DNA of 64,000 nt from Octopus sinensis (taxonomy: Eukaryota): assembly GCF_006345805.1 (NCBI RefSeq), contig NC_043009.1, forward strand, positions 21,452,001-21,516,000, written 5' to 3'. The notes beneath the pieces are model-generated. The model searched no databases. It worked only from the letters and a program-made list of their open reading frames with translations, and was not told the origin of the DNA. The position numbers and the translations under genes were made by a program. Each line of letters starts with the position of its first letter. Within the stretch, counting starts at the first letter, position 1. Below are positions 50,143 through 63,922 of this stretch, piece after piece.

Positions 50143-50735
50143 TAGGCACAGGGCCAGCAAGTTTGTGGGGAGGGACCTAATGAACGTCACTGACCTCAGT
50201 ATTTGATTGGTACTTTATTTTATTGAGACCCCACCACCACAAAAAAAAAGAAAGAAAAAACAGGCTAAGTTGAACCAGACAGGATTTGAACTCAAAATGT
50301 AAAGTATTGGAGAGAAATACGGCAAAGCTTTTTTCCGGTACTCCAATGATCCTGCCAGGTCACCAATTGTAGCTAGACCAAAAATAGCTTATTGTGACTG
50401 GAAACCCCACTTGCATCAATTTTAATTTTTTGCTATGGCTGAGTGTAAGGGTTGAACAAATTACTCGAAGAAACATCATTAGTGATTGAAGATCACTAAC
50501 AATATTTCTTTGATGACGATGATGATGATCCTTTCTACTATAGGCAGAAGGCCTGAAATTTGGGGGTGAGGGTAAGTTGATTACATCAACCCTAGTCCAT
50601 AACTGGTACTTATTTAATTGACTCTGAAAGGATGAAAGGTAAAGTTGACCTCAGTGGAATTTGAACTCAGAATGTAAAAACTGACGAAATGTCGCTAAGC
50701 TTTTCACCTGGCGTGCTAATGATTCTGCCAGCTCA
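49700..50735 (-). mobile_element. Cluster of SINE copies
   Basis: aaaggatgaaaggcaaagtcgacctcagcggaatttgaactcagaa and variants occur near 49770, 49995, 50270 and 50630. Confidence 0.75.
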
Positions 50736-50761
50736 CAGTCCAGTCCAGTTTACTGTTTTAA

Positions 50762-51839
50762 CCCTTTCGTTACCAAGCCGCCCGAAAAAAATTTTGGTTA
50801 ATGTGACCAAATCGCCCAAACCCGCCCATATTTACCTATTCATATTTAAATGAGAATATCAGAGCAAATCTCTTTAGTACATTCGTGAAAACACGTATTA
50901 TACTTCATAAACAGTTCAACTACAGTTTTGTACAACAATCGAAGTGTTATTTTAATTCCATGAATTTTGGGAGATTTTTTTCCGAAATTTGTTTCTATTG
51001 TGTTTTCAAAATTTGTAATTCTGACAAAAAATGGATACGAATTTCATTATATCAAGTAGCGAGTCAGAATTCGAAGGATTTTCTACTGAAGACCTTCATA
51101 AATCTAACTCTATGACTGAAAAAAAAAAGCATGTGGTATTTGATAATGAATCTGATGTTTCATTTTCCGAAAGTGAAAACAGTGAATCCGAGAGCTCCAA
51201 CAGCAATAAAGAAAATGAATTGGCACCTGAATGGAGTGAAAATTTAAAAACTGTTTCTTTCGGTGATTTTTATGAAGAAACTGGACCAAGCCACAGACTT
51301 TCCCAGAAGAGTAAAGCCTTAGACTATTTCTTTTTACTTTTTCGAATGAGCCTATTTGAAATCATTACGGCGGAAATGAACCATTATGCTAAATGTAAAC
51401 AAAGCGAAAGAAAGGATAGTTAGTGGTTTCCCATAACCTTAAATGAAATTAAGACTATTTTGCCATAAATATTATTATGGGTATCAGAAAGTTACCCAGA
51501 ATAACAAATTCTATCGTAAAATTTTGTTGTATACCCAATTGAATATTAGCTAATAACCCATTTTCTATAGCGATGTTTGAACAAAATTTTAATAATTTTA
51601 TATTTTGTTGAATTTACCTGTATCTACTTGCAATTAGAGTCACTTTGTGACAAAAATTATAGTATAGAATTGGTTGAGAACATTTCATTAAATTATCTTC
51701 CAAAATTCACGTTAATATATTGATAAATAAAAAAAAGTTATAGTTGTTTAATGAAACCAGACTAAATTTATGATAATGTTAGAAATTAATTGAAACACAT
51801 AAGAGGTGTATTTTGGTCAGAAATATAGTAACGAAAGGG
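50762..51839 (+). mobile_element. Internally deleted piggyBac transposon
   Basis: TTAA target-site duplication at 50758-50761 and 51840-51843; perfect 12 bp TIR ccctttcgttac. ORF 51031-51423 has an acidic N-terminus then DYFFLLF..LFEII..EMNHYA...*WFPITLNEIK/..IIMGIRKLP (piggyBac N-terminal motifs). Confidence 0.9.
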
Positions 51840-53744
51840 TTAATGAATTCTTAATTACAATACCAAGCTTATAGGTTACATAAAATAATGAAATTTAAAA
51901 GAAAAAAATATCAATGTCATGCTAGAAAAATAAATTATTTTGCCTTTTAACCCCAGGTCAGCTCTAAATGAGTGGGAAAAACTTATTAAAGACATTCCAA
52001 CAATGACAAACCCATCTTTTCTCAAACTTAGTGTAGATAGGACTAAATTACCAATGAGTTCTTTTTAATCTTTTTATAACTCAGTAGAGTAAGATTTGAG
52101 GGATATTTAGTTGTTATTTTTAACTCACCAAGCAACTATGAAGTTACTCATTAAACATTATTACCATCATCATCACCATTATTATTATTGTTAGAAGGCA
52201 TTATCATTAGTTGGCCCCTGTGGCTTATAAACATTATTATGATTATTATTCGAAAGGACTATTATTATCGTGATTATAATTATACCAGAGGAAGAGCAGG
52301 ATGAAAAGCAAAGTTAATCCTGGTAAGATTTGAACACACAATGCAGACATTGCAAAACTAAATACCATAATTCATTAAATGGTTCAAGATTTGTTAATCA
52401 AGCCTTTTCTGAAGATGCTGTTTATAAACAATGATCCAAAGTTTAAATCAAGTCCAGAACTATATATATATATAACTTGGCAATGAATAGGACAAAAGAT
52501 CAGTCAAGACGTATAAATGGAAACACAAAAATGTGATTACGTATGCAGGGAAACTTCAATACTATCATGATAACACATCTCACAATTGTAGACATGTAAT
52601 CTTGATTTAGTCTGCTGGTTCAAAGTGTTGACCTGATCTATTATACTTATTACATTATTCTACGACTGAATGATAAAGCTCAGCTCAGAGTCAGCCATAT
52701 ATTCTACTCCACCTTATGACCAACAACCATCTCACCACTCAGAAATGAGATCTACCCTTGTCTTAAATTCTGAATCCATTTGATATCAACCAACCTGAGA
52801 TCACTCTTGGTTCTATGATACATATGTCCTGTCTTAAAGTAACCTAAATTAAAAATCTCCCGTTTAATTTATGTTCTAAACATCAGCTTAACAAAGACAA
52901 AATTTATCTTATTAAATTCTTCCCTATTTTCAAAATTAATTGAAACAAAAGCCAGTGTAATTTAACAAAACCATGGTAACAAAAGAGTTAAACTCTGAAA
53001 TAAATTATGTTTTTTAGCAAAAAAAAGCCATTACAGCACTGAATAAAAAAAAAAAACAGTATTTCAACTTCAGACTTCATCAAGAAATTAAACATTTGTT
53101 ACAATGTTATAATGTTACAAATAATAATTTTCGAATCACAATTAGAAGATTTACAAATGATGTTGAATAAATTTTTTTTTTGCTTTATTTAGTATTGTTG
53201 TGACTTTCAGCAGTCATCTTCAGCTCATTTTTCTAGTAATTTTATTTTCATTTAATGAAATGTTGCAAGTTTGTACTTGTAAGACTGAACTATCTTGTGA
53301 AATCCACAGGTCCAAAGATGATATAAGGTAAGGTCCTTGTCATCACAGAATAGCTACAATGGTCAAGAGGTTAAGGTAGTGACCAGAATTCTGATATTTA
53401 GAGAGTTTTAAGTTTGAACCAAACCATACTAGGCTATTTATTACCACAGCTACTGTATTGTGCTTCTGGACAGGGCATGTATGCCTCAACTAACTTCAGC
53501 TTGCTTGGTTTAAAACAGGTTCAGTTTCTTTTCATGGTAAATGGTTAACAATAGGAAGGGTATGTTCCAGGAAAACGCAAATATTTAAATTTGCATATAA
53601 GAAAAACAAACAAAAAAATACCATCCCACCCATGCTAGCATGGAAAAATGTGTGGAAAAAAAAATCATTAAAAAAATTTAATTCAACATTTAGCCAAAAG
53701 TAGGTGGTTTGAATGTTCAGTTTTTAAACAACTTTAATGTAAAC

Positions 53745-54027
53745 TGTCAGACAGATAGGTAAAACAGATATGTAGGGAGGTAGAAGGATAGATAAATAGA
53801 CAAGCAGATAGACAAACAGGTATGTAGGCAGAGACAGACAAGTAAATAGATGGGCAGATAGATAGGTAGATAGACAGACATATAGGCAAGCAGATAGCAA
53901 GACAGGTAGGCAGATAGACAGGCAGACAAATAGGCAGACAGACAGACAGGTAAACATATGAACAGATAGGTAGACCAGCAAATGGATTGACAGACCAATA
54001 GACAGATAGATATAAAATATTTTGAAG
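53745..54027. repeat. Degenerate (GATA/GACA)n tetranucleotide tract
   Basis: agacagataggtag-type repeats running up to the gap. Confidence 0.9.
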
Positions 54028-54127
54028 NNNNNNNNNNNNNNNNNNNNNNNNNNNNNNNNNNNNNNNNNNNNNNNNNNNNNNNNNNNNNNNNNNNNNNNNN
54101 NNNNNNNNNNNNNNNNNNNNNNNNNNN
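54028..54127. other. Assembly gap (100 N)
   Basis: Run of exactly 100 n. Confidence 1.
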
Positions 54128-55298
54128 GCTATAGACAACATAAAATCTAACCCCAGAGCTTTCTACAAGGTTATGCCAAGAAACAGCTACGGTGCATGTC
54201 GGATAGGGCCACTCCTTGAAAAGGATGGCACACTCACAGAAAACCAATGAGGGTAATGAAATACTGAATGAGCAATTCAAGAGTGTTTTCACTCCACCCC
54301 TTGGGCATTTCAAATCACCAATCCAACTGACTTCTTTACCACTGCAGATATAAAATCAGAGGCGGCGACGATAAATTACATCGATATAAAGGAAGAGATG
54401 TAATAAAGGCTATAGATGAAATGAAAACAGACTCAGCTATTGGCCCGATGGATTCCCGGCAATTCTCCTAAAAGTATGTAAGAGAGTCCTAGCAAGACCA
54501 CTGCAGTTCCCTTTCAGAGCTTCCTTGCAGTGGCAAACTTCCAAGACAACTGAAGGAAGATAAAATATGCCCCATTGATAAAGGAGGTAGCAGAGCAGAG
54601 GCCAAGAACTACAGACCTATCTCTCTCACCTCACACATCAGCAAGGTCATGGAACGAATAGTCAGAAGGAAATTGATCACCTTCCTTGAAGAAAATGACT
54701 TGCTGCCCGACACCCAACATGGTTTCCGACCAGGGAGAAGCTGTTTAACTCAGCTCCTACAACACTATGACTGGGTGCTGAAACGGCTGCTCAACCACTC
54801 AAATGTGGAAGTGATATATCTCGACTTTGCAAAGGCCTTTGATAAGTCGATCATGGAATGATATGTCACAAACTGCGTGATCTCAACATGTTGGAAAACG
54901 GGAGAATGGCTTCCTGACTTTCTGAAAGATAGAAGTCAGGTGGTAACAGCCAATGGGGCCACTTCCATTAACACGCAAATAGTGAGCCGTGTTCCGCAGG
55001 GCACTGTTTTGGGACCCTACTGTTCATAATGGCCCTCTCAGACATGCCCTCAGCCACGCAGAGAGCCACGATCACAAGTTATGCAGATGATACAAAGTTC
55101 ACAGGCAATACAGAACTCTGAGGACACTAAACACTGCAATGTGAGCTGGACAAAATATACAAGTGGGCTGAAAAGAATAGCATGCAGTTCAATGCTGAAA
55201 AGTTTCAAGCTTTATACTATCAGCATGCAAAACTAAATGCAATACCCATTGAATACACTGGACCCGGAGGAATAGCAATCCCAGAGGCACAATCAGTG
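54128..55298 (+). mobile_element. CR1-clade LINE RT region, frameshifted
   Basis: NYRPISLTSHISKVMERIVR...QHGFRPGRSCLTQLL...YLDFAKAFDK...VPQGTVLGP...YADDTK. Confidence 0.92.
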
Positions 55299-56118
55299 CC
55301 TCCACCAAATTTGGAAGTGGTCTAACGATTGGGACCTGTGTCTGAACGTGTCAAAGTGCTGTCATCTGCCTGTCGGCTCTACTCCTGCAACACAATTTGA
55401 TTTCGAGCCGGGTCGTCTGCTGCTGGAGAGGACCGATCAGGTAAAGGACCTGAGTATCTTGGTGGATTCCTCCTTTTCGCCTTCGGCGCAGTGCGTCCAT
55501 GCTGCCAACAAAGCACGCGGAATTCTGTTCTTGATTCGACGGTCATTCGGAATGCTCACAGCAGCCATATTCCTACACTCTATGTCACGCTGGTGAGACC
55601 AATTGGAGTATGGGATTCAGGCCTCTTCTCCTTATCTCCTCAAAGACATACAGCATCTCGAAAGAGTCCAGAGGCTGGCTACCCGCATGGTTCATGGTCT
55701 CAAAATTTGTCCTACGAAGGAGGCTGAGGACGCTCGACCTTTATTCTCTTGAAAAACGCCGCCGCCGTGGTGATCTCATTGTCGCCCACAACATTATAAG
55801 CGGAAAGTGTAACCTCTCGAAAGAGCTGTTCTTCACTCCTGCTCCAGAGCGCGGATGGCGGGTCATTCCGAAAAGCTCTACCTGCGAGGATTTCATCTCA
55901 ATCGAAGGAGAGGAGCTTTCTCCGTCCGGGTTGCGGATCCGTGGAACAAGCTGCAAGACGAGATGGTGAAGATGCCGACGACCGCTTTGTTCAAAGCCTC
56001 CTTGACCTCAAGTGGCCTGAACTCTTTACATGAACACCACCCTGTACTTAACGCCATGTCCCCCCTACATGGCCTTGCTATTTGCTTTTGAGCCAAATTA
56101 ACTAACTAACTAACTAAA
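55299..56118 (+). mobile_element. CR1-clade LINE 3' end (different family) with (TAAC)n tail
   Basis: LNVSKC...VKDLSILVD...AANKARGIL...LERVQRLATRM...LYSLEKRRRRGDLI...GHSEKL...FSVRVADPWNKL; tail actaactaactaac. Confidence 0.9.
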
Positions 56119-56397
56119 ACATATATATATATATAATATATATTATATGTATATATATATGTGTATATATGTGTATAATAGATATATAAGTATAATATAT
56201 ATATATATGGATATATATATATGTATATATATATATATATGTATATATATGTATATATATTATATGTATATATCTGTGTATGTATATATGTATATATATA
56301 TATGTATATAATATATGTATATATATATATGTGTATAATATAATATGTATATATATATGTATTATATATATATGCTATAATATATGCATATATATAA

Positions 56398-56431
<34 letters not shown>

Positions 56432-56624
56432 TGTATATATATATGTTATATATATATGTATATATATATGTATATAATAAGTATATATATATATGTATAT
56501 ATATATTATATCTATTATATAAGTATATATATATGTATATATATTGTATGTATATACATATGTAATATATATGTATGTATATATATATGTATATATATAT
56601 GTATATAATATGTATGTATATATG

Positions 56625-56657
<33 letters not shown>

Positions 56658-57185
56658 GTATATGTATGTATATGTATATACATGTATATGTATATATATG
56701 TATATGTATGTATATGTATATATATGTATATGTATGTATATGTATATGTATATATATGTATATATGTATATATATGTATGTATATGATATATTATATGTA
56801 TATGTATATATATGTATATGTATTTATATATATATGTGTGTATGTATAGTATATATATGTATATATATATGTATATGTATATGTATATATATATATATGT
56901 ATATATATATAAGTATATATATATATGTATATAGATATATATGTATATATAATATAGAGATATATATATATAATATATATATATATATGTAATATATATA
57001 TATGTATATATTATATATATATATATATATATGTATATAATAATATATATGGATTGTATATATATATATGTATATATATATAATGTATATATATGTCTAT
57101 AGATATGTATATATATATGTATATATATATGTATATATGTATATATGTATATATGTATATATTATATGTCATATATATTAATATG

Positions 57186-57216
<31 letters not shown>

Positions 57217-57262
57217 GTATATATACGTATATATATATATGTATATATATATGATATATATG

Positions 57263-57293
<31 letters not shown>

Positions 57294-57730
57294 TTATATA
57301 TATGTATATAGATATATGTATATATATGTATATATATTGATGTAGTATATGTATTATATATTATACGTATATATATGTATATATATTATATATATATGTA
57401 TTATATGTATATATATGTTATATATATATTTATATATGTACATATATATATATATCTGTACTTATATGTATATATATATAGTATATATATATATGTATAT
57501 GTATATATGATATTATATATGTATATATAGTATATTATATATGTATATATATAATATGTATAGATGTATATAATTATATATATGTATACTATATATGGCT
57601 ATATAATATATGTATATATGTATATGTATATATGTATATGTATATATATATGTATATATGTATATGTATATATGTATATGTATGTATATATATATATGTA
57701 TATATGTATAAGTATATATGTATATGTATG

Positions 57731-57775
<45 letters not shown>

Positions 57776-57940
57776 ATATATATATATGTATACATGTATA
57801 TATATATATATGTATATATGTATGTATGTATATATATGTATATATGTATATATATGTATATATGTATATATATATACATATATGTATATATGTATATATG
57901 TATGTATATATATGTATATATGTATATATATGTATATATG

Positions 57941-57977
<37 letters not shown>

Positions 57978-58221
57978 GTATATATATATATGGTGGTGCT
58001 ATTAAGTTAGACATGGCCTGGGCCAATAATGGCCGAAACCTATCAAAGTATCAAAGTATATATGTATATAAATATATATGTATATAGATATGTATATATA
58101 TTATGTATATATATATATATGTATTTATATGTATATATATGTATATAATGATATATATGTATATATATGTATATATAGGTATATATATGTATATGTATAT
58201 ATATATATATGTATATATATG

Positions 58222-58268
<47 letters not shown>

Positions 58269-58297
58269 GTATACATATATATATATATACATATATA

Positions 58298-58705
58298 GGC
58301 GCAGGTGATGCTGTGTGGTAAGTAGCTTTCTAACCAACCACATGGTTCCGGGTTCAGTCCCACTGCGTGGCATCTTGGGGGCAAATGTCTTCTGCTATAG
58401 CCCGGGCCGACCAGTGCCTTGTGAGTGGATTTGGTAGACGGAAACTGAAAGAAGCCTGTCGTATATATGTATATATATATATATGTGTGTGTATGTATGT
58501 GTGTCGTTTGTGTTTGTCAACCTAGCATTGCTTGGCAACCGATGCTGGTGTGTTTACGTCCCCCGTCACTTAGCGGTTCGGCAAAAAGAGACCGATGAAT
58601 AAGTACTGGGCTTACACAAGAAAAGTCCCGGGTTCAATTTGTTCGACTAAAGGTGGTGCTCCAGCATGGCCGCAGTTAAATGAGTGAAACAAGTAAAAGA
58701 GTAAT
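58298..58705 (+). mobile_element. tRNA-derived SINE with a CR1-like 3' tail
   Basis: gctgtgtggtaag (A box), ggttcagtccc (B box), an internal TA/TG tract, and tail ggtggtgctccagcatggccgcag matching the LINE end at 59800-59840. Confidence 0.85.
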
Positions 58706-58742
58706 GTGTATATATGTATAAAAGTATATATATGTATTTATG

Positions 58743-58773
<31 letters not shown>

Positions 58774-58812
58774 GTTATATATATGTATATATATATGTAT
58801 ATATATGTATAT

Positions 58813-58866
<54 letters not shown>

Positions 58867-59035
58867 GTATATATATGTATATATATATATATAGTGTATA
58901 TATATGTATATATAGATATATGTATATATATTAGATATATATGTATATATATATATGTATATATATGTATATATATGTATATGTATATATATGTATATAT
59001 ATATATATGTATATATGTATATATATATATGTATT

Positions 59036-59193
59036 CTTTATTTTAAGCAGCAGAAAATTCAACAAAATCTGTTACTCTGAGTTTCTCGTTGGCCGTTCAT
59101 CAGACAGTTTTGCTAGCAAAAAACTGTCTGATGAACGGCAACGAGAAACTCAGAGTAACAGATTTTGTTGAATTTCTGCTGCTTAAAATAAAG
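59036..59193. repeat. Near-perfect 158 bp palindrome containing a hammerhead-like motif
   Basis: Arms of ~78 bp differ by about two single-base indels; centre ttttgctagcaaaa. Plus strand 59124-59161 reads CUGU-CUGAUGA-ACGGCAACGA-GAAAC-UCAGA-GUA-ACAG. Confidence 0.9.
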
Positions 59194-59696
59194 CATATTA
59201 CTCTACCACTGGTATTTGAGTACTCTTTTTTTCCACCTTGTTTCAAATTTATGTGTTTACTCCGGTATATATTATGTATATATATGTATATATTGTATAT
59301 ATTGTATAATGTATATATATGTATATATATGTATATATGTGTATATATATGTATATATATGTATATATATATATATATATGTATATATACGTATATATAT
59401 GTATATATATATATGTAATATATATATATATGTAATATATGTATATTATATGTATATAATATATTATATTATATAATGTATATATTAGATATATATATGT
59501 TATATATATATATAGTGTATATATATACAATATATATATGTATATATATGTATATATATATATATGTATATATATGTATATATATATATGTATATATATG
59601 TATATATATATTTATATATGTACATATATATATATGTATATATATATATGAATATATGTGTATATATATATGTATATATATATATGTGTATATATG

Positions 59697-59740
<44 letters not shown>

Positions 59741-59775
59741 ATATATATGTATATATATATATATGTATATATATG

Positions 59776-62255
59776 ATTTGATTTTATTTTGATTTTTCCA
59801 GTTTCAGCTAAAGAGATGTGGCCATGCTGGGGCACCGCCATTTGGTTTGCTACACGATTTTACCTCACGGATGCTTTTTAGCAAACGCCATCTGATGCAT
59901 GAGAGAGTTCGATGCAGCTGCCCTCATCTGCACCTCCTGTCGTGAAGTTGGTTCATCCGGGACAACTGACAGGAAGAGATCCAGTCCTACTTTAAAGATA
60001 TCTGCATCTACACCATGCAGGTCCCTCAGCTTCTTCGGGAGGATATTGAAGAGCTGTGGGCCTCTGAAGCCCAGGCTATCACAATATCTTTTCCTACATC
60101 TTGATGGCAAATTTGCAGTCCTTGGTACTACGCAGTGGCGTCCGGTTCTGGCATTTGTGGTGACACTCGATGCCAACGTCTGGGACACGTCCTTCCAGAT
60201 CTTCCAGATAATATTATGGCATATCTTCTCGCCTACGCTCGCAGGGAATAGAGCTTTAATCTCTTGAGTCTTTCCCAGTAGCTCATATGCTGCACAGAGC
60301 GCATCTTCTCGACGTGAGTTCGATGGACCTTATCGCCTCAAGTCTGTGATCAACTTTGACAACTGGTTGGTGACCATAGCTGAGAGCAAAGTCCAAGTGG
60401 ATTAGGACAAGTGTCTTCAAGAGGACCACCATGTTTCTTGTTCTCTTGTTCTAAAGGTTCTAAGAATCATCCAGCCAGCCGTACATTTCATTGCCAGTTT
60501 AGCAACATGTACATGAAAGCTCGCGTCATCACTCATGTGAATACCCAGGTCACCGCACACTGATTGTGCCTCTGGGATTGCAATCCTCCGGGTCCAGTGT
60601 ATTCATTGGGTATTGCATTCAGTTTGCAGCTGATAGTATAAAGCTTGAAACTTTTCAGCATTGAACTGCATGCTATTTTTCAGCCCACTTGTATATTTTG
60701 TCCAGCTCACATTGCACGTGCTTAGTGTCTTCAGGGTTCTGTATTGCCTGTGAAACTTTTGTATCATCTGCATAACTTGTGATCGTGGCTCTCTGCGTGG
60801 CTGAGAGGGCTATTATGAACAGTAGTCCTCCCAAAACAGTACCCTGCGGAACACCGCTCACTATTTGCGTGTTAATGGAAGGCTGTTACCACCTGACTTC
60901 TATCTTTCAGAAAGTCATGAAGCCATTCTCCCAATTTTCCAACTATGCCAAGATCACGCAGTTTGTGACATATCATTCCATGATCGACTTTATCAAAGGC
61001 CTTGCAAAGTCGAGATATATGACTTCCACCTTTGAGTGGTGAGCAGTTGTTTCAGACACCCAGTCATAGTGTTGTAGGAGCTGAGTTAAAGCAGCTTCTC
61101 CTGGTCGGAAACCATGTTGGGTGTCGGCAGCAAGTCATTTTCTTCAAGGAAGGTGATTAGTTTCCTTCTGACTATTAGTTCCATGACCTTGCTGATGTGT
61201 GAGGTGAGGAGATAGGTCTGTAGTCTTGGCTCTGCTCCGCTACCTCCTTTATGAATAGGGCATATTTACTCTACTTCAGTTTTTTGGAAGTTGCCAGCTG
61301 GCAAGGAAGCCTCTGAAAGAGGAACTGCAGTGGCTTGCTATCGACTCTCTTACATACTTTTAGGAGGATTGCCGGGAATCCATCGGGGCCAATAGCTGAG
61401 TCTGTCTTCATTTCATCTATGGCCTTTATTACATCGTCTTCCTTTATATCGATGTAATTATCGTCGCCGCCTCTGATTTTATATCTGCAGTGGTAAAGAA
61501 GTCAGTTGGATTGGTGATTTGGAAATGCCCGAGGGGTTGAGTGAACACTTTCTGAATTGCTCATTCAGTATTTCACTTACCCTCATTGGTTTCCTGTGAG
61601 TGTGCATCCTTTTCAAGGAGTGGCCCTATCCGACAGTGCACCGTAGCTGTTTCTTTGGCATACCTGTAGAAAGCTCTGGGGTAGATTTTATGTTGTCTAT
61701 AGCCAGGCTTCTTGTCTGCTCTTTCCTTTTCATGGGAGAGTGCAGACATTTTTCACTTTCCAACAGTTTTATTTTCAGGCGGGACTTTTCACTGCTTTCA
61801 ATCTGTTTGTTTAGGCGATTTGAAATTTTTGTACGCCGTCACATTAAAATTTTCCTCTCTCTGGGGATTTTGTTCTTGTCTACAGTGGCCTTTCTCTCTG
61901 AAACACATTTGTAGCATATGGCTTGCATTACAGACATGAATTGTTGAAGTTTCACGTCGATGTCTGGCGAGGAGAGACATTTAGGCCAGTTTTGTTTGAG
62001 GATCTCTTTCTCAATTTGTTTCCAGTTTGCCTTATGGTAGTTCAAGCTGGAAAGATTCTGAGGGTTTCTTGTAGGCTGCATGTCCGTGCTCTCTTTTGGC
62101 CCGTACATGGTCAGCTCTACCATGTTGTGATCCGAGAGTAGTGTCGGTGTCACTTTCACATTATGGATGAGATCCATATTATTTGTGAAGCAGAGATCCA
62201 GTGTGTTACCTGCCCTGGTTGGTTGGAGTATTACTTGCTCCATGAACAATTTCAT
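59776..62255 (-). mobile_element. 5'-truncated CR1-clade LINE (APE C-terminus, RT, 3' UTR)
   Basis: QPTRAGNTLDLCFTN...SDHNMV (APE); SGVPQGTVLG...YADDTK (RT); SLGFRGPQLFNILPKKLR (C-terminus). 3' end ggcggtgccccagcatggccac...gaaactgg with an (AAATC)-like tail. Many frameshifts. Confidence 0.93.
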
Positions 62256-62289
62256 TTAGAATGGTTGATCCTCTCAATTTCGATATCAT

Positions 62290-62900
62290 ATGACAAAGGC
62301 AAGAAATTCTGTCTTCTATGCAATTCTGAGCTATTTTTCATTATTTTTTCTAAAAATACTCTAGTAAACACGGTTATAGAACGAGCATACAGATGTAAGC
62401 ATTGGCAGAAACATACTTTTAGTGCATATAAGTAGTCTCTATCATTATATATAGTTTAGACTTTAATCTCCTTTATATTTAACATTCACTATTAATATCC
62501 CTACTCTTTCTGTTAGCTACTTATGACGTTATATCATATAACGTTTTTTTAAACAATATTAATAGCGTTCTGTCTATCGCTATACGAATCCATCATTTTT
62601 TGCTAAAATGTCGTATTGACAGTTTCGTTTTTTCACTTTCCCGAAGAGAAGATTGCATTGTTTATACCTTTTATTCTTTGAATAAGTATCAGTGGAATTT
62701 TTGAAACATATGTAGAAAGTAAAAATACTTGTTTAAACCTGCGTTAACTCCATTTTTTATTCATATTATTCAAATATTCAACGTAAACAAGAAGTTTCAA
62801 CCTTTATAAACAAGGAGTTACAACATCTTTACTTGTGAGATTTTTGCTGCCCTGGTAACTATTCATTCATTTATCCGTGTTAAATGTTAACAAGGTAAAA
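62290..62900 (-). mobile_element. Decayed Penelope-like GIY-YIG fragment (tentative)
   Basis: Broken frames give FKKRY and KNSSELHRRQNFL, resembling PLE endonuclease motifs. Confidence 0.35.
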
Positions 62901-63199
62901 TACACTCATCTATTTATATACATATATATATATAATGTATATATATACATATATATATAATGTATATATATACATACATATATATAATGTATAAATAAAT
63001 ATACATATATATAATGTATATATGTATATATATACATATATATAAAATGTATATATATATATATACATATATAATGTATATATATATATACATATATATA
63101 TAATGTATATATATATACATATATATAATGTATATATATATATATCTACATATATATATATAATGTATATATTATATATATACATATATATATAATGTA

Positions 63200-63269
<70 letters not shown>

Positions 63270-63271
<2 letters not shown>

Positions 63272-63605
63272 TGAAGGCGCATGGCTCAGTGGTTAGAGCG
63301 TCGAGCTTACGATCGTGAGGTTGTGAGCTGGAATCCCGGACCGGGCTGCGTGTTGTGTTCTGAGCAAGGCACTTTATTTCACGTTGCTCCAGTTCACTCA
63401 GCTGTAGAAATGAGTTGCGACGTCACTGGTGCCAAGCTGTATCGACCTTTGTCTTTCCCTTGGATAACACTGGTGGTGTGGAGAGGGAGGCTGGTATGCA
63501 TGGGCGACTGCTGGTCTTCCATAAACAACCTTGCCCGGACTTGTGTCTAGGAGGGTAACTTTCTAGGTGCAATCCCATGGTCATTCATGACCGAAGGGAG
63601 TCTTT
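63270..63605 (+). mobile_element. tRNA-derived SINE (third family)
   Basis: ggcgcatggctcagtggttagagcg (A box), a degenerate B box, then a core tgtgttctgagcaaggcacttta...cactcagctgtagaaatgagt. Confidence 0.8.
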
Positions 63606-63922
63606 TACATATATATAAATCGTATATATATATATATACATATATATATAATGTATATATTTATATATACATATATATATAATGTATATATATACATATA
63701 TATATAATGTATATATATATATATACATATATATATAATGTATATAATACATATATATAATGTATATATATATATATATATATACATATATATATAATGT
63801 ATATATATATATACATATATAATATTAATTAGAGACAAAACCACTATTTTGCAAATCAAACAAAGAAAGACTTAATCCAATACATAAAAAAATTTAATAT
63901 AAATTAAATAAAATTAAATTCG

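Larger units (their letters stand above)
56120..59775. repeat. Long degenerate (TA)n/(TATG)n microsatellite field with embedded islands
   Basis: Seen directly. All Y/I/M/C-rich ORFs in this interval derive from it. Confidence 0.97.

Noticed and set aside
56120-59790. Many 60-150 aa ORFs rich in Y, I, M, C, H and T (also at 8742-9178, 11934-12211, 31319-31847, 62910-63859)
   Set aside because: They are translations of (TA)n/(TATG)n/(CA)n microsatellites, which lack stops in some frames.
63270-63345. tRNA gene calls for this and other tRNA-like heads (33052, 34438, 58298)
   Set aside because: Cloverleafs are incomplete and each continues into a SINE body and tail.
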